The notes below the pieces were generated by a model. That model searched no databases. It saw only the letters and a program-made list of their open reading frames with translations, and was not told the origin of the DNA. Made by a program: the position numbers and the translations under genes. Of a stretch of 64,000 bases of DNA, positions 1 to 13,506 are shown piece by piece (within the stretch, counting starts at the first letter, position 1; the number at the start of each line of letters is the position of its first letter). Source of the DNA: Nymphaea colorata (Eukaryota); contig NC_045138.2 in NCBI RefSeq assembly GCF_008831285.2, positions 38,502,001-38,566,000 on the forward strand, read 5' to 3'.

Positions 1-1235
1 CTCCTAGACCCGATGATCAGAAAAGTGGAAGGAGATTCTGATCAATAATTCTTTGAGACCAATGTCCCGTGTTCGATATCTCAAACCGAGTCAAACCTTT
101 TATGTAATATCGTCCTCTTTTTCAGACCAAATTGACGCATGGTACGTTGTTTATATCTATTATTTAAGATGTTCTATGATCTCATGGATCATGTTCGGAT
201 GTTCTGAAGATAAATTATCTTAATATTTTTTCGGGACCATTTAACTTCATCTTATCCACATCTTGAGAAAAAGAAAGGCATAGACCTCTTTGAGAGGGGA
301 ATTGTTCTCCATACCTGTGCAAGGTGGAGAGGCATCCGATGACACGACGTCTTTGAGACAAGTGTGGCCGAGATATTTCACCGGGATAAAAGGCACGTCC
401 GATGAGGACGACAGAGGGAGAAAATTTCATTTATGCCTGGTCGAGAGTAGAAATGAGTTTTATCCCTAAAAAAATGTATATTCTCGTCGAACAATCCCAA
501 CGTGAGATAGTGAAAACAGTATTTTAATCGAGCATCTGGGTGGATTCTCCAAGGGATGGTATATCTTTTTCATTAAGATCAACTTGACTCTAAGCTGATG
601 ATGATGGTATATGCTTTTTGATTAAGATCAAGTCGACTATCAATAACTCTAGATACCCATCCAGTTGGGTTAATTATAAGCCTTTGAATTCTATAAACTA
701 GACCCCAAAATATAATATAAAAACGATATTACTGGTGGAAAAGGAAGGAACACAGATGTTTAAATCTAGGAGCAACTAGAACACGACATCGTCAACATGT
801 AACTCACGAAATTTAGTCAGAGTCTATAAACGCGAAATTATATGTGAAAGCTGTTTTTTGACCTTGGTCATTAAATAGGGAAGTCAAACACTCGATTGGG
901 CACTCGACCTGGATGATCAGCTTTTACAATACCTTGAAAGTTGAAAGTCAGTTCCTGCCGGACATGAACAGTGGGTGCTCGGATCAGCTCACTTGGGTAG
1001 GGAAGCAGACAGTTTAGACGTGGCCTTGAGGTTTTTGCTTGTTGATTGATCCAAGTTTAGTTTCTAATTTTTTAAGCTGAAGCAAAATCTGAAGCTCACA
1101 TAATCCTGCTTTGACACAATGTTGGGGATTTTGTTGGAATATATAATATTCCCGCCTTATCGCACATCAAATATCTCCTTTTTCTTCATGTTTAACTTGC
1201 ATAATACGCATCATCCTCATCTTCCATGCTAATCA

Positions 1236-1410
1236 AGGGCGAAGCCAAGGTAGGACCTGCTTGGGCCCTGGCCTCACTCACCTCAATGTTTTTTTTAAAA
1301 AAAATTTACATGTAAATTTTAGAAAATTTTACTTATTTTATATAATAATTTTAAAAAATGATAGCCCTAGTCAAAATTTAAATACTTTAATTTGACTCGT
1401 CTCATGAAAA
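1236..1410. mobile_element. Degenerate MITE-like remnant (GC-rich GGGGCGGAGCC-type terminus, AT-rich core)
   Basis: Starts CAAGGGCGAAGCCAAGG...GGGCCCTGGCC, then an A/T-rich core. It resembles the related copy at ~2249-2420. No intact right TIR or TSD is visible. Confidence 0.4.
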
Positions 1411-2248
1411 ATGCTAATTATCTTTATATAGCTTAGTTACTGTTGATGAAAGGCCACAACAAGAAATGGCATGTCCTAAAGAGATGTCTTTGTATTTATG
1501 TCCATGTAAACAATATATACTTGAGAAAAAAGAGAAGGGCATGCATTCCATTTGCAGAGTTTTCTTTTCGAAACTGCTTATATACGACACAAAAAATTGT
1601 GTATCGAGAGCTGTAATGATCGGAATACCCTCGTAAGTAGAAAGGAGAGCCTCCCTAGGTAATGTAAAAGTTAAAAGTTCATGAAAGACATTTCTTTTTC
1701 AAAATCTCCAAATACCCTAAAAATCTGACATTCAAGAAGACCTTTTCTATGGACCAACCAATAAAAAGTGGGGGATGTGTCTTTGTCTGTAAAAAAAAGA
1801 GAAATAGAGAACGTCCTATAATTTCTCTACATGCAGTGGCATGGAGGTACATGGGTGGCCCACACCATCCCATCAAAAGTTTCATTGAAACCCTAAAAAC
1901 CTAGGATGGTTTCAATGAGGCTATGAACATTCTCCCACCAGATCTATTGGATTCAAGTGTGCAATCAAAGGCTCGGATACTCAAATTCAAATCCCACCAC
2001 AAGTTGGTAGTATCTAATTATTCACCCAAGATCGTTCACTCCAATCGAGCAAGAAAATGAGACATTGAGGTGAGCTTGATGGCCATGGATCTTAGAATCG
2101 AGGGCATTTGAAAACCTCATATCTAAAATCCACAATGATCTCAAATTTGGGGTTCATCTGAATTTTGAGTTTCTCTTTCTCTCCTTCTCAAGACTTTCAC
2201 CCCATCTCCATCGTTGGAACTCCTTATAAGCTTATTGTCAGACTCCTT

Positions 2249-2420
2249 CAAGGGCAGAGGGAGGGAGGCCCGCCTAAGCCATGGCCCCACCCCAACGAAT
2301 TGAAAAAAAAAAATACATTGAAAAAATTGAAAATTTTTAATTGCGCCATGTATTATTTAAATCCGAATTCAGTTTGACTCCCATCGAATTTAGACGTTAG
2401 ACTGTTTGACCCGCCCCCTA
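2249..2420. mobile_element. Degenerate MITE-like remnant, related to 1236-1410
   Basis: CAAGGGCAGAGG...GGCCCGCC...ATGGCCCCACC, then an AT-rich core, ending GACCCGCCCCCTA (imperfect inverted end). Confidence 0.4.
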
Positions 2421-3340
2421 AAAAAAAATCATTGCTAAGCTTCTTGCATCTCTTCTTTGTTCTATCATGTCCCCCTTTTCGCTCTTTCTCTCTCGCGCTA
2501 AAACAAAACATAAGAAGACAAGAATAAAGGGAAGAACACTCGGAAAATAACGTGGTTCGGCATGACGCCTGCATCCATGGTAGAAGGAGCCTCCTTCTCC
2601 GTTTTGTTTCGTTCACTTCAAGCTGTTTAACTGAAATAATCAGTTCTTTTTTAACACTGACACTAGGAAAGTGGTTGTCCTTTTCTTCGTCTCTTGGCTA
2701 AGCAAAACAAAATTCTCATTCGTCAAAAGAAAGAATGTAAGAGCCCAAATTGGCCCCTCAGAACTTTCTTTTTGTCCTTCAGAACTTTCTCCATTGTGAG
2801 CTGATTGCTAACAGTCGATCTTATCATAGAAATCAGGAAGGTGCATGAGAAACCAAGCTCTTTTGCTTCAGTTGCAGGAGACTATGTTCAGAGAAGAAGC
2901 AAACCAGCACGCTGTGCTTATCACAAAGTGGTTGCCGAGTAAACCAACAGTTCCTCTTGTGTTCAGAAATTCTACAAGGGCATCTCCTGATCCTCTATTA
3001 AATAGAAGCATCTCAAGATACCTGGGATCAGTTTTCAGGATTGAAATAGGGACGACAGCATAGATTCTGTATAACATCCACCATGCTTCTATCTACAAAT
3101 CAGTTAGCACAGAAGAAATTTACAAGACTGAAAACTGGAATTTGGAAAACCACGTCAAGCTATAATGAGGCATCAAAGAAAACTTTCAATATAGTCATAT
3201 AATAAAATTCTGGGATCATTTCTACAGGAAATTTGAACATATAGGAAAAGTAACAATACAACAAGGAATAGCTACTCGAAGTTGAAATCCTAATTAGTTG
3301 ATACAGCCACGGCAGGCTTGATGTGGAAATCCATCAACTA

Positions 3341-6300
3341 CTACTGAATACATGTGGTTGGACTGCTCCTCTCTTCCTCGGAATTACTCTCTCGAGGCCC
3401 GAGCTGTTGCAACTGATGGACTACAAAAGACATTCTAGGTCGCACTGATGGCACATGCTGTGTGCAAGCATAGACCAGGTCCACCACCTTTTGGATGACT
3501 CCTACTTCTGGGATGTCGGCAATTACAGGGTCCAGAAGCTCTACGTACCTGTGAGATTGAACCAGGGGCGTAGCCCATTCAAATATACTTTGCCACCCAA
3601 CAGAATCAACAGCCTGTGCCGGCCTTCTCCCACTCACGATCTCAAGAAGCAACACCCCAAAACTGTAAACATCACTCTTTGTGGTGAGCTCATTCCTGTA
3701 AACAAATTCTGGAGCCAGGTAACCATGGCTACAAGCCATTACTGTCCGCTCATGCATCACTTCCCATGGCACAAACTTTGATAAACCCACACCCATTAGA
3801 TGAGCTCCAAATTCTTCATCAAGGAGAACATTACTGGCTCTGATATCTCGGTGTACCACATGTGGCTTGACCTTGTCATGCAGGAAACTGTTTTCCAACA
3901 GGCTCAAAACTCAGATATGACAATGAAAAGCTGAGTGGAAGCCCACAGGAGTATTATGCAATAACAACGAAATGGTAAATGGTAATATTTTCAGGAGTTA
4001 TATACATACTGCTTCCCTACACAATTCTGCTAAAAAATCTCAAGTTAACAAATTTGACAACCCAAACTGGCATGACTTCAAGTATGACAATTTCTGCTAA
4101 AAAATCTCAAGATGCTGCTTTCACAGTTTCCTTATTTTCTTTCTTGTTTTATGCAAGCATGAAAGTAAGGGCATAGTTCTATCAAATATTTCAAATCACG
4201 TTGTTTAGGCCAATGCTTATATTCTCACCAGCTTATACATATATTTTTCAGGTTATGACAATATTAATTAACGTAAATATGGCATGCAAATTCCTGCCCA
4301 TTTGATTTCAAAATAAAAATGCAACCGACATTCAGAATTCAGAAATCAAAGAAATAATTGAGTTTGGTTCCTATTGTTCTAGACAAACCAGCCAGAATTT
4401 GGACAGACCATGTCCTACCATTTTAAATCCACCAGCCTAATGACACACATGAGAAGCAAAATAACAAGACTTTGAAACACAGTTTAAAGATAAAATGAAT
4501 GTTTCAGAAAAAAATGTAATGCTTTATATGGGTACTTACGCAATTCCCTGTGCAAGAGTTACCACAATCTTCATCCTTGTCCTCCAATCCAAGCTCCTTC
4601 CACCTCTCGGTATATGATACAACCATCTATCTAAGGGGCCATTCGCCACAAATTCATACACAATAAACCTGTCACCATGGTCATAGCAACATCCTTTCAC
4701 AGTCACTAGATTTGGATGATGAAGCCTTGAAATCCTCCGTACTTCTGAATAAAACTCTTTTTTCCGTTGAAAACTGGACCTCTTCAACCTTTTTACTGCC
4801 ACCCTGGATCCATCAGGTAGTAGCCCACTGAAAGTACCACCAGTTTTTGCATCACCAAGAAGCTTATTGCCTTCACTGAAATTCTTCGTGATACGTCTCA
4901 GCTCATCGCTTGTGAATACTTTCCAAGATGGAGGAACTAAGGCAGCAGCTGATGGGCTAGATACCCTGTGTGATCTCCTCCTCTTTTTGCTCCTCCTATA
5001 AGCCAGGAGCCAAATCACTATAGCCGACATGGTTAAGAGTATTAATCCACTCACAGCTGCAAGGATTATAAAATACTCTTGGTGGCATCTCTTATGGTAA
5101 CAGTTATCATCTGGAACATCAAAAGTATGTACTCAGAAATTAGCTCAATTTTATAGATAAGAAAAGAAAAGAAAAGAAAAGAAAGGACACTTGAAATGAG
5201 ATTGATCTACCTAAACAAAACTAGATCAGCGGTAAAAAAATGAAATACAAGTTAATATATGATTTATTGCATGAATGCATATGAATATAGTAATGAAAGT
5301 ACCTATATTACGCATGCATATGAATTCATGAGAGTTGTTGCAGCTTTGACCAACAAGAGCAACATGTCCACTAATAACCAGTGTACATGACTCGCTTGAA
5401 TTGGCAACTGGACAAGCTTGTTTTGAGCAGTCCATGGAAAATGGTTTCCCAGGGAAAACTGATTCATTCCATTGTGATGTATTATCACTCCATTTCCAAC
5501 TAAAACCTGCAGAGGAGTTGAAACGCCTCCCTCCAACCCAGCAGCCATTAGTTGTATCCATGCAACGTTTTTGGATGAACTCTAACTCTTGGGCTGATGT
5601 TAGTGCAGCCAAATGACCATGATATCCTGAGCAGAAGGCCTCCGACTCATCCCAAGAATAAGATTTTGCAAAAAAACCAAAGCACTTATCTTTACTTGGC
5701 CCAATTTCCCAATCTGCAGGGCATAATCCTGTCCAAAAAGGAAACATTTTAGCTCTTCAATACATTGACATACCTTTTAGAAAAGAGACAAAGATGAACT
5801 AGCATAATTGCAGAATATAGTTGACTAAGTCATACAGTAACTACAACAGATCCAAAGCTTATGCATACACTTTGTGCACGCAGCTACATCATCAATGTCA
5901 TAAAGCCACTGATTGAAAAAGGATATATTGGAAGATCCTTTTTCAAAATGTCATTTTTCATGAGAAATCATGAAAAATTTAACAAATTCAAAAAACAGAA
6001 AGAATAAAAAAATAAATCTATGAAAAACTAGGTTTTTGGGTATTTTTCTTGCAAAAATATGAAAAAACCATAAACAGACTTTAAAGTTTAAAATCTAATA
6101 AATGCAATAAATCAGAACACATCCAATACAAGAGAAAAATCATGTTTCACAAAACTTACAAAAGCATGATGATGTAGTTGTGACAATCTCAAGATAATAC
6201 CAGGATATTATACTTTGAGAATATCATGATCGTCGCTGATACTGTTTTTTGGCTCTAAAATGCTGATACTATTGGGATAATCTAACATGTTGGAAATATT

Positions 6301-7614
6301 GGTGAGGCAAAATAGGGTATCCCCCATGAGGCATCTTTCCATACCCAGACATCTAAGAAGCGATCATAATGCTGACAAATGGTTTTTTGCATGCCTTTAC
6401 TAGAAAGTTTCACATTTTCACTCTTGACCTCTTAGTGCTAGAAATGCTTACGATGTGAATATTCTTTATATAGAATTAAACTAGGCAAGAATGGACATGA
6501 TTAAGGTCAACGATGGTTCAAATTTTTCTGCAGCAATGCAGCTGTTCTAGTGTTTAAGCAGTACATACAGGCCTTTAGCACAGGAATAGGGTGATCAAGC
6601 CCTAGAGCTGAGCCATATCCGGGTGCTAAGCCTCCTTGAGCTTTCATGTGCCTGCGGTTTGTTTGTGCAATATGAAATATTAATTGTTTACGTTCCCAAT
6701 TGAGCACAAAATCTCATATCTAACATATTCTTTTACCATGTAGGGCTACATATGCTGCAACTTGCGACGAACATTGAGATAAAAAAAACCATTGCAAGCA
6801 TTTCAATTTAAGCAACCATTACGAAATCCATGGTCATAAATCAAACAATGAGTCAAATACTAGAGTATCACCGGTTTTATATCTTAGAATGACCTTACTT
6901 CACGGTCCACCCCTGACAATACTCAAAGTTTAGATGAACACCCAGTGGAATCCTTTCTCCAAAAGCCATTATTTAACCTGTTTGGGTGGAGATAACGACG
7001 AGGAATGCTACGCTATGGAAGAAACATGCTCAACAGGCAGAAATCAACAGTTCACTAACACCCAAATTAGAAGCAATCAGTACGAATAACAGTTCCCCCT
7101 TCAGCACTTACAGCATCTAGTTCTTCAAAACAAGAAACACCCAAAACTTCAAGAACTAAACCTTCGCTTTTGAGAGAAAGAAGGAGGAGGAGGAGGAAGC
7201 ATGAAAAATCAGGCGCAGCAAGGAAGCCAAAGACACAAAACGGAGTGAATGCTCCATTCCGCATGGGAAATCGCTGACTCCCCATCTTGAAGAGGGAGCA
7301 TTTCCATTAGCCGCGATAATCAGAAAATGCAGTTGTAAGACTCGACTCACCAGAAACCGTAAGTAAAATTCATCTTTCTCCCGACGACCGCTTCAATTTT
7401 TAAAGTCTCTTAGCTCAAATAGTGGAAAGAGGGTCCAGCTAGCCCAGCAAAATCGTACCCAAGGAGATTAAAAGAAATCTCTCCCTATTTCTCCCCAAAA
7501 CCTTAAACCCTAGAGCCGAAGCACAAGAATCTAAACCCATTTGGAATACGAGCTTCCGAAGAGAATCACAGTGAAAAATGACGATCGACGAGAACAAACA
7601 GGGAAAAAAAAAAA

Positions 7615-7663
<49 letters not shown>

Positions 7664-7828
7664 GACAGACGGTGCCGCTTTACCTCCCTGGGCGCTTGAA
7701 GGGGTGGCAAAAAGGCAAAAAGTGAGCAGCAAAAAAAGGAGATCAAGCAAAACGGCAGGTGACGGTGGCAGCAGCCCAAGCCATTTCCTTCTTCTCTTGG
7801 ATGGCTTCTTCTCCTCCGTCGCCTTCAT
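3341..7828 (-). CDS. C-type lectin receptor-like kinase (At1g52310-like)
   Basis: Phase-consistent GT-AG exons: 7828-7684 (signal-peptide-like MKATEE...LLFLLLTFCLFATPSSAQG), 5728-5303 (C-type lectin: CPADW...SWDESEAFC...CWVGG...FIC), 5110-4540 (TM helix, kinase N-lobe VAVKRL) and 3887-3341 (HRDIRASN, GYLAPE, DVYSFG). The first exon is the least certain. Confidence 0.92.
7619..7660. repeat. (GA)n microsatellite in intron 1 of the lectin RLK
   Basis: About 21 perfect GA units. Confidence 0.95.
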
Positions 7829-9009
7829 GACTGAACCTTATTAATCCTGGATCACTGTCGACTGGTTCTTCAGCTTCGCGGTGAAGCAGATGGAAGACAA
7901 CATTCGTGCATAGAGAGAGGGAGAGAGGCAGAGAGAGGACCAGTAGCATTAAACGCCCCCCACCATCCTCACAAGGACACGGACACCCACTTTCCTCGCG
8001 CACATGCTCAATCTCGTGGACTTTGTCCGCCATTAATGGATTTTTTTTTTTGAGAAATTTACGAATAACTGCTCAATGTTTGATGCACCATATTTGAAAA
8101 CTACAAACAGTTATCACTTTTTATGTATGAAAATTGTTAAAAAATATTTTAGAATACTTAACCTTTCACCAAAAAAAAAATCTTTCTCATACCCTTCAAT
8201 TTTCTCTTTATACCGAAACCAAAAAGAAATGTAAAATCTAAAAAATATATATTAAAAAGAAAATATTTTTTAAACATATTGTTAATGTCTTTATGACAAA
8301 GCATGTGTTTTAAAGTTATTGTATAAACATAAAAAGTTACTTATCATATATTTATTTGTAAATACTTCAACAGTTGAGCGACTATTTGTGACTTTTTAGT
8401 TCATTCGTTTTTCTTTATTTTTGTACAATTTGCGTCCCAACTTTTACTGTTTTTAAGAAAAAGAGTGTCTAGATTTTACATCTTAAGAGAAACAAAAAAA
8501 ACGCGACTACTTGTCTCGCATCATTAAAAATGCAAGGTGTGCATGTAATTCTGCTCTTCTCCGATATGTCAAACTGCTATTTTGTACGTTGATTGACTTA
8601 AATTGAAGTCGTTGGATTATGTTTCCTCACAATGCAAGCTCATTCAAACATGGAATGCTTCTTCAGCAAAGAACATTATTAACATGATTTGAAGTATAAA
8701 AATATGTATGATCGCAAAGAAAATTCCAAAGGGGCGTTGGATGACACTCTTATGTATTTGTAAATATTTGGTTATATGAAAATCAAGTTCTTAATATATG
8801 TTTAAATAGTTTAATTGTTTGGGTGACACAATCAAAACATGATTTTTCATGAATAATTTAAGGGAAGTTAGGTTCCATTTTATTTTTACGAAACCAGGTT
8901 TTGTCAAAACTATGTTTTCTTAAACAGATGGCACCCAAACACTCTAAAAATCTAATGTTTTGCTTTAAAAAAAAATATTCAATTAACAAATTAGATCTTA
9001 TTCATATTT

Positions 9010-9500
9010 AAGAAATGACATCCGATCAGATTTAAAATCAGTACACTAGAAACACCTTTTCTCCATTCCTTTTTTTCACTCTCGCTCTAAGCTGACCACT
9101 AAACGCTCGAGTCTTTTCCTTTCCTTTCATTGTTCAGTGCCTCTCCCCTCTTCTTCTTGCTTTACCATCCTTGTTCACATCTCTTTCTATTGCAGTAACA
9201 CCATTTGGAGGCTGCGTTCCAACCCCCTTCAAAAGGTTTATGTGTCTTCCAAAGGTATGTTTCTCCATCTCTACAACCTGATAAAATGAATTTTGTTTCA
9301 AATTTGGATTTAGATTTAAATGTAAATTTAATTATTGGATTTGGATTGGATATAGATTGTGAAAATACATTTCAGATCCAGATTTAGCTACGACTTTTCT
9401 TTTTCTTTTGTATTTGAATCTGAATTTAAAAATTAACACCCAACAAATGGATATGGTTAATGATATATTTGATTCGGATATAATCTATTGGCATTCTTTA
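9010..9500. mobile_element. Degenerate non-autonomous DNA transposon remnant with GGAT/ATCC subterminal motifs
   Basis: Imperfect inverted ends (AAGAAATGACATCCGATCAGAT ... TTCGGATATAATCTATTGGCATTCTT) and repeated TTGGATT/ATCCAGAT motifs. Similar in style to 57368-57822. Confidence 0.35.
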
Positions 9501-10254
9501 ATTACAAAAAAGAAAAATAAGATTACTTATCAAGCCAGTATAGCCTTATTTTCTCTTTTGTCATGAATTAAAAAATAGTTTAAAGAATTTTTAATTGATT
9601 TAACCACCAACGCCACGCCGTATGATGGGGAACGGATGATAACATGGTTTGGAACCAAACATATAACCATTAGTCTAAAATGGACATACTTTTTCCCTTT
9701 TTTACATAAAGCAACCTACTTTCACCCATTATTCAAATCAGCCATAAAATCATTTGCTGATTTTAGTCAATCTGTTGACCAGAAAAGGGGAAATTTCCAT
9801 TCGGATATTGTTCACCTTTTGCGTGTAGTTTGCAAAAAGGCATAAGTGACTGCAATTTTTTTTATGGGAACTGCATTTCCATAAACTGTCAAATAAGATT
9901 CTCAAGTATACTTTCGGTAACGAAACAAAGCACACCAGCTAAAATATTAATGAAAATGTAAATTAGTCATAAAGGTTGTGACGGTGTAAAATTTGCAGTT
10001 AGTGATTTTCATTTCTAACAAAGTTTAACTTCAAGCACATGATATTAATAGCTTTCATAAAGGAAAAAGATCCTTATTAACAAATTGCGAAAAGGTTACC
10101 TATTTTAAAATTTTTTACTCCAAAAGAATGGCAATTTATTTTCCCACAGAAATGAAAAAATGGCTGGTTGAATCTTTGAAAAGTAACCATATGTTTTTAG
10201 GTATATCCACGGCAATTTGGGATATCTCAAAACAAAGCCAAGTATTAAATGGGA

Positions 10255-10618
10255 TATCTCCAAAGGTTGTGATAATGTAGAAATTGACACTTTTTTATTG
10301 ACACTTACTTTTTCATACGTTAAAATTATGTAACAAATTCCTTCAGTGTGAAAGATTGAATGCTTTCAAATGGATGGCCTAAGGAATTTTATATATATAT
10401 ATATATGTGAGTGAACGATGACTTTGGTTATCTGCAGTCACTCAGCTATCTCCAAGGATTGTGATAATGTAGAAATTGACACTTTACCACTTTTCTATAC
10501 ATTCAAATTATGTAACAAATTCGTTGGTACGAGAGATTGAATGCTTCCAAATGGCAAGAGGAATTATATATATGTGAGTGAACAATGACTCTGGTTATTT
10601 GAAGTCACTCAGCTATCT
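10255..10618. repeat. Tandem duplication of a ~190 bp unit
   Basis: TATCTCCAA(A/G)G(G/A)TTGTGATAATGTAGAAATTGACACTT...ATATGTGAGTGAAC...GTCACTCAGCTATCT occurs twice, starting at ~10255 and ~10447. Confidence 0.85.
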
Positions 10619-10799
10619 GATTAAGCCGTCCATCTAAAGTAAATGGGTGATTGAGAGAAAAACAAGAAGAAAAATGTGTAAACTAATATTAGATAACAAA
10701 ATTTCCATCACTTTTTTCTCTTTATTTTTCTTTTAACCATCCACCATGATGGATTCTATAATGCATATTAAATGGTTAGGTGACTATAAAAAGCTGAAG

Positions 10800-10844
<45 letters not shown>

Positions 10845-10849
<5 letters not shown>

Positions 10850-11039
10850 AATGGTAGCTACCATTCAAAGAGTTACAAACCATTTAATTAGGATAGTTCC
10901 AGATGGATGGTTGAAAGAATGTGATAAAAATACCTATTACTTTTTTCTTAATGTTTTTTTAAACCATCTATTATATTAAATCGAATGGTCATGATTAGAT
11001 GGCTCGATAACTCTAAAAAGTCAAAGTCACCATTCAATA
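10845..11039. mobile_element. MITE flanked by (TA)n
   Basis: 11-bp inverted termini TATTGAATGGT (10845-10855) and ACCATTCAATA (11029-11039). TA repeats lie on both sides. A diverged relative in the opposite orientation lies at ~10570-10800. Confidence 0.6.
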
Positions 11040-12777
11040 ATATACATATATAGTCAGACCTTAAAATATAAATCGTGCACTAATTAGTAATCTTTATGTT
11101 CTTAAAAGATGTAATGTAGGAGGATCTGTTCTTTAAGTTCTGGGATCTTATTCAAATCTAATGACCTTCAAGAAATTCAACTCTATGTAAACACATGCTG
11201 CCATCCCAAAAAAGTGGGTGTTTCATATTCAAACGCATTAAAATTAAAAGAAAGTGAATCGGATCTGGGAGCAGGCCCCTGTGCCATCCATTTCAGTTCG
11301 TCAGCACCTGCCATTAGATCCCCAAATCTTAAATACACGGCCATTTAACGCCGCCCAAGAAGCATGTCTGAATCCCTTCTCAAGGAGACATTCTGTTTGC
11401 TGTATGTCAATGAGTTTTTCAGAAGAAACTTCTCAATAGGAAGGATTCGACAGTACTCCTCTTCCTGGTCCATCGACAGTGAATAGAAAAGATATTTCAT
11501 TTTGTTTCTGCAACATTGAAGGGGATGCATGAAATCTGCTTTCTGGTAGCTTAAATACTCCTAAAAAACACCAGAATAAATGGTCCGGTGCAAAATGATA
11601 CACCACCATAAATAGAATTGATCAAGGGACAACTGTTTGTTCTAGTTGTTTTGGAGCAGGTGGATTCTCGAAGAATCTTTCCATGGTCGAGCATCAACAG
11701 GAAGAGATGACATTAAAGCCTGAATCGTTACATTATGAGGACGAAGAACAAGATTAGAAGGTTCACGGTCTTTACGAAAATGAGAACCAAAAGTTCATCA
11801 AGAATGAAAAAGAAGTAAAAAACAACAGAGAATCGCTATTCTCTGCAAATCTCGATTCATTGCACTCATTCAGCAAGAGACAGGATAGCCTCCATCATGA
11901 GTTTGATTTTTCCATTCTCTCTCTTTTCTCTGCGAGTGCATGCACACGTTTAACTGTTCAAAAACTCGGATCATTCGTTCTGGAAAAGGTGCTTCACCGC
12001 AGAAAAGGTTTCTAGAGACACAAAGCAATTTCCTACGCCGTCTTTTTTTCCTCATAAAGCAGCCAGCGTCTCTGCCCGGCCGTTTACTTCATTAACCGAT
12101 GCTTCTTCTTTCAACGATAACTGCTGTCGTGAAAACAGTAACTGCTTCAGCTATAAATGCAACGCAACCACACTTGCCTCCCGTTTCCACCAAATTTCCG
12201 ACGAGATACGCTCGCATTTCCGTCGTGATCGAGACTGAAGACAAGAAGTTGGGAGGATACAAGACATGTAACCAGAATCCTTTTTAAATTTGTCAAACCA
12301 GAAAAGAAGGGTGAAGAAGATGACATGACAATTGACAACAGATAATAATACCAATCTATACGTCTCCACTGATCATGACTACTAGAGAGAGAGAAAGAGA
12401 GAGAGAGGAGTGTGAAAGGGAAGGCTTAGAGGTGACATGACAAAAAGCCAAAAAAAGAAGGTCCAGACGTGAAAGGACAGAAAAAACAATATTAAAAACA
12501 GAAAGTTAGAGAGATATTTCAGTACATTGATTTAGTCAGATCTCTGCAAGAGAGAGAAAGAGAGACATTCTCAAAGTTTCACGAGGCAAACCATACAGCA
12601 TACAAAATTACAGGTAGACGTACATACCAACACAGAGATCGACGGCGACCTTGATCTCCTTCAAACACCTAAGCCAACCGAAAATAGCTAAAACGTATAT
12701 ATACCAAGCAGAAAATGATAGAACCCGGACTACTTCAACAACTATATGATCTGAAAATTCGGTGCCATTCTTTCTTA

Positions 12778-13011
12778 CATATGATTTCATTTATCTTAAC
12801 TATTTATTTACCTTAAAATCTTGGCTTCCAATATTGCAAGAATACCAAATGGATATTGAGATAGAAATCTAAAAAACTGGCTATACACCATCATATGATT
12901 TCATTTATCTTAACCATTTATTTACATTAAAATCTTTCGCATCCAATATTGCAAGGATACAAATGGATATTTGAGATAGATCTAAATCTAAAAAACTTGC
13001 TATACGCCATC
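12778..13011. repeat. Tandem duplication of a ~115 bp unit downstream of CUC2
   Basis: ATATGATTTCATTTATCTTAAC...CCAATATTGCAAG...AAATGGATAT...CTATAC(A/G)CCATC occurs twice. Confidence 0.85.
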
Positions 13012-13506
13012 GTATGCACTCTCTCTCCCCCCCTCTCTATTATCACCACACAGTACTTTGTAGTTGGGCCGTGAAATATAGAGGTGAAGTTACAGGAGAG
13101 GGGGAGAGAGACGTTAGAAGTGGTTGAGGTAGCTGGAGTGGTTGAACTACTGCGATTGCTTTTTCGCTTACATATCCCAAAGAACAAGCGTTTTAGGCCT
13201 TGGTTGACTCTCTCTCTCCCCTTCTCTCTCAGGTCTGTAATAGAAGGTATATATCTCTCTCATGCATTCTGTAATGGCAGTAAACATGATACTCCCATGC
13301 ATTCTGTAATGGCAGTAAAAACATGTGTTGACAACAAGAAAATTTAGATAATAATGATATACTCTATTAGACGACAGTCAGAGAGAAGAGATCATCACGA
13401 ATTTTCGTGAAGGAGCTCACGTTGAAGAGAGAACACAGAATGCAAACTGAAGAGCTTCCAGACGTACACACATACAGCAAACAAGAACAAGAACGAGGAA
13501 GAAAAC

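Noticed and set aside
1..620. Possible transposon fragment and 71-aa ORF at the left edge
   Set aside because: No recognisable TE protein motif or paired termini within the window.
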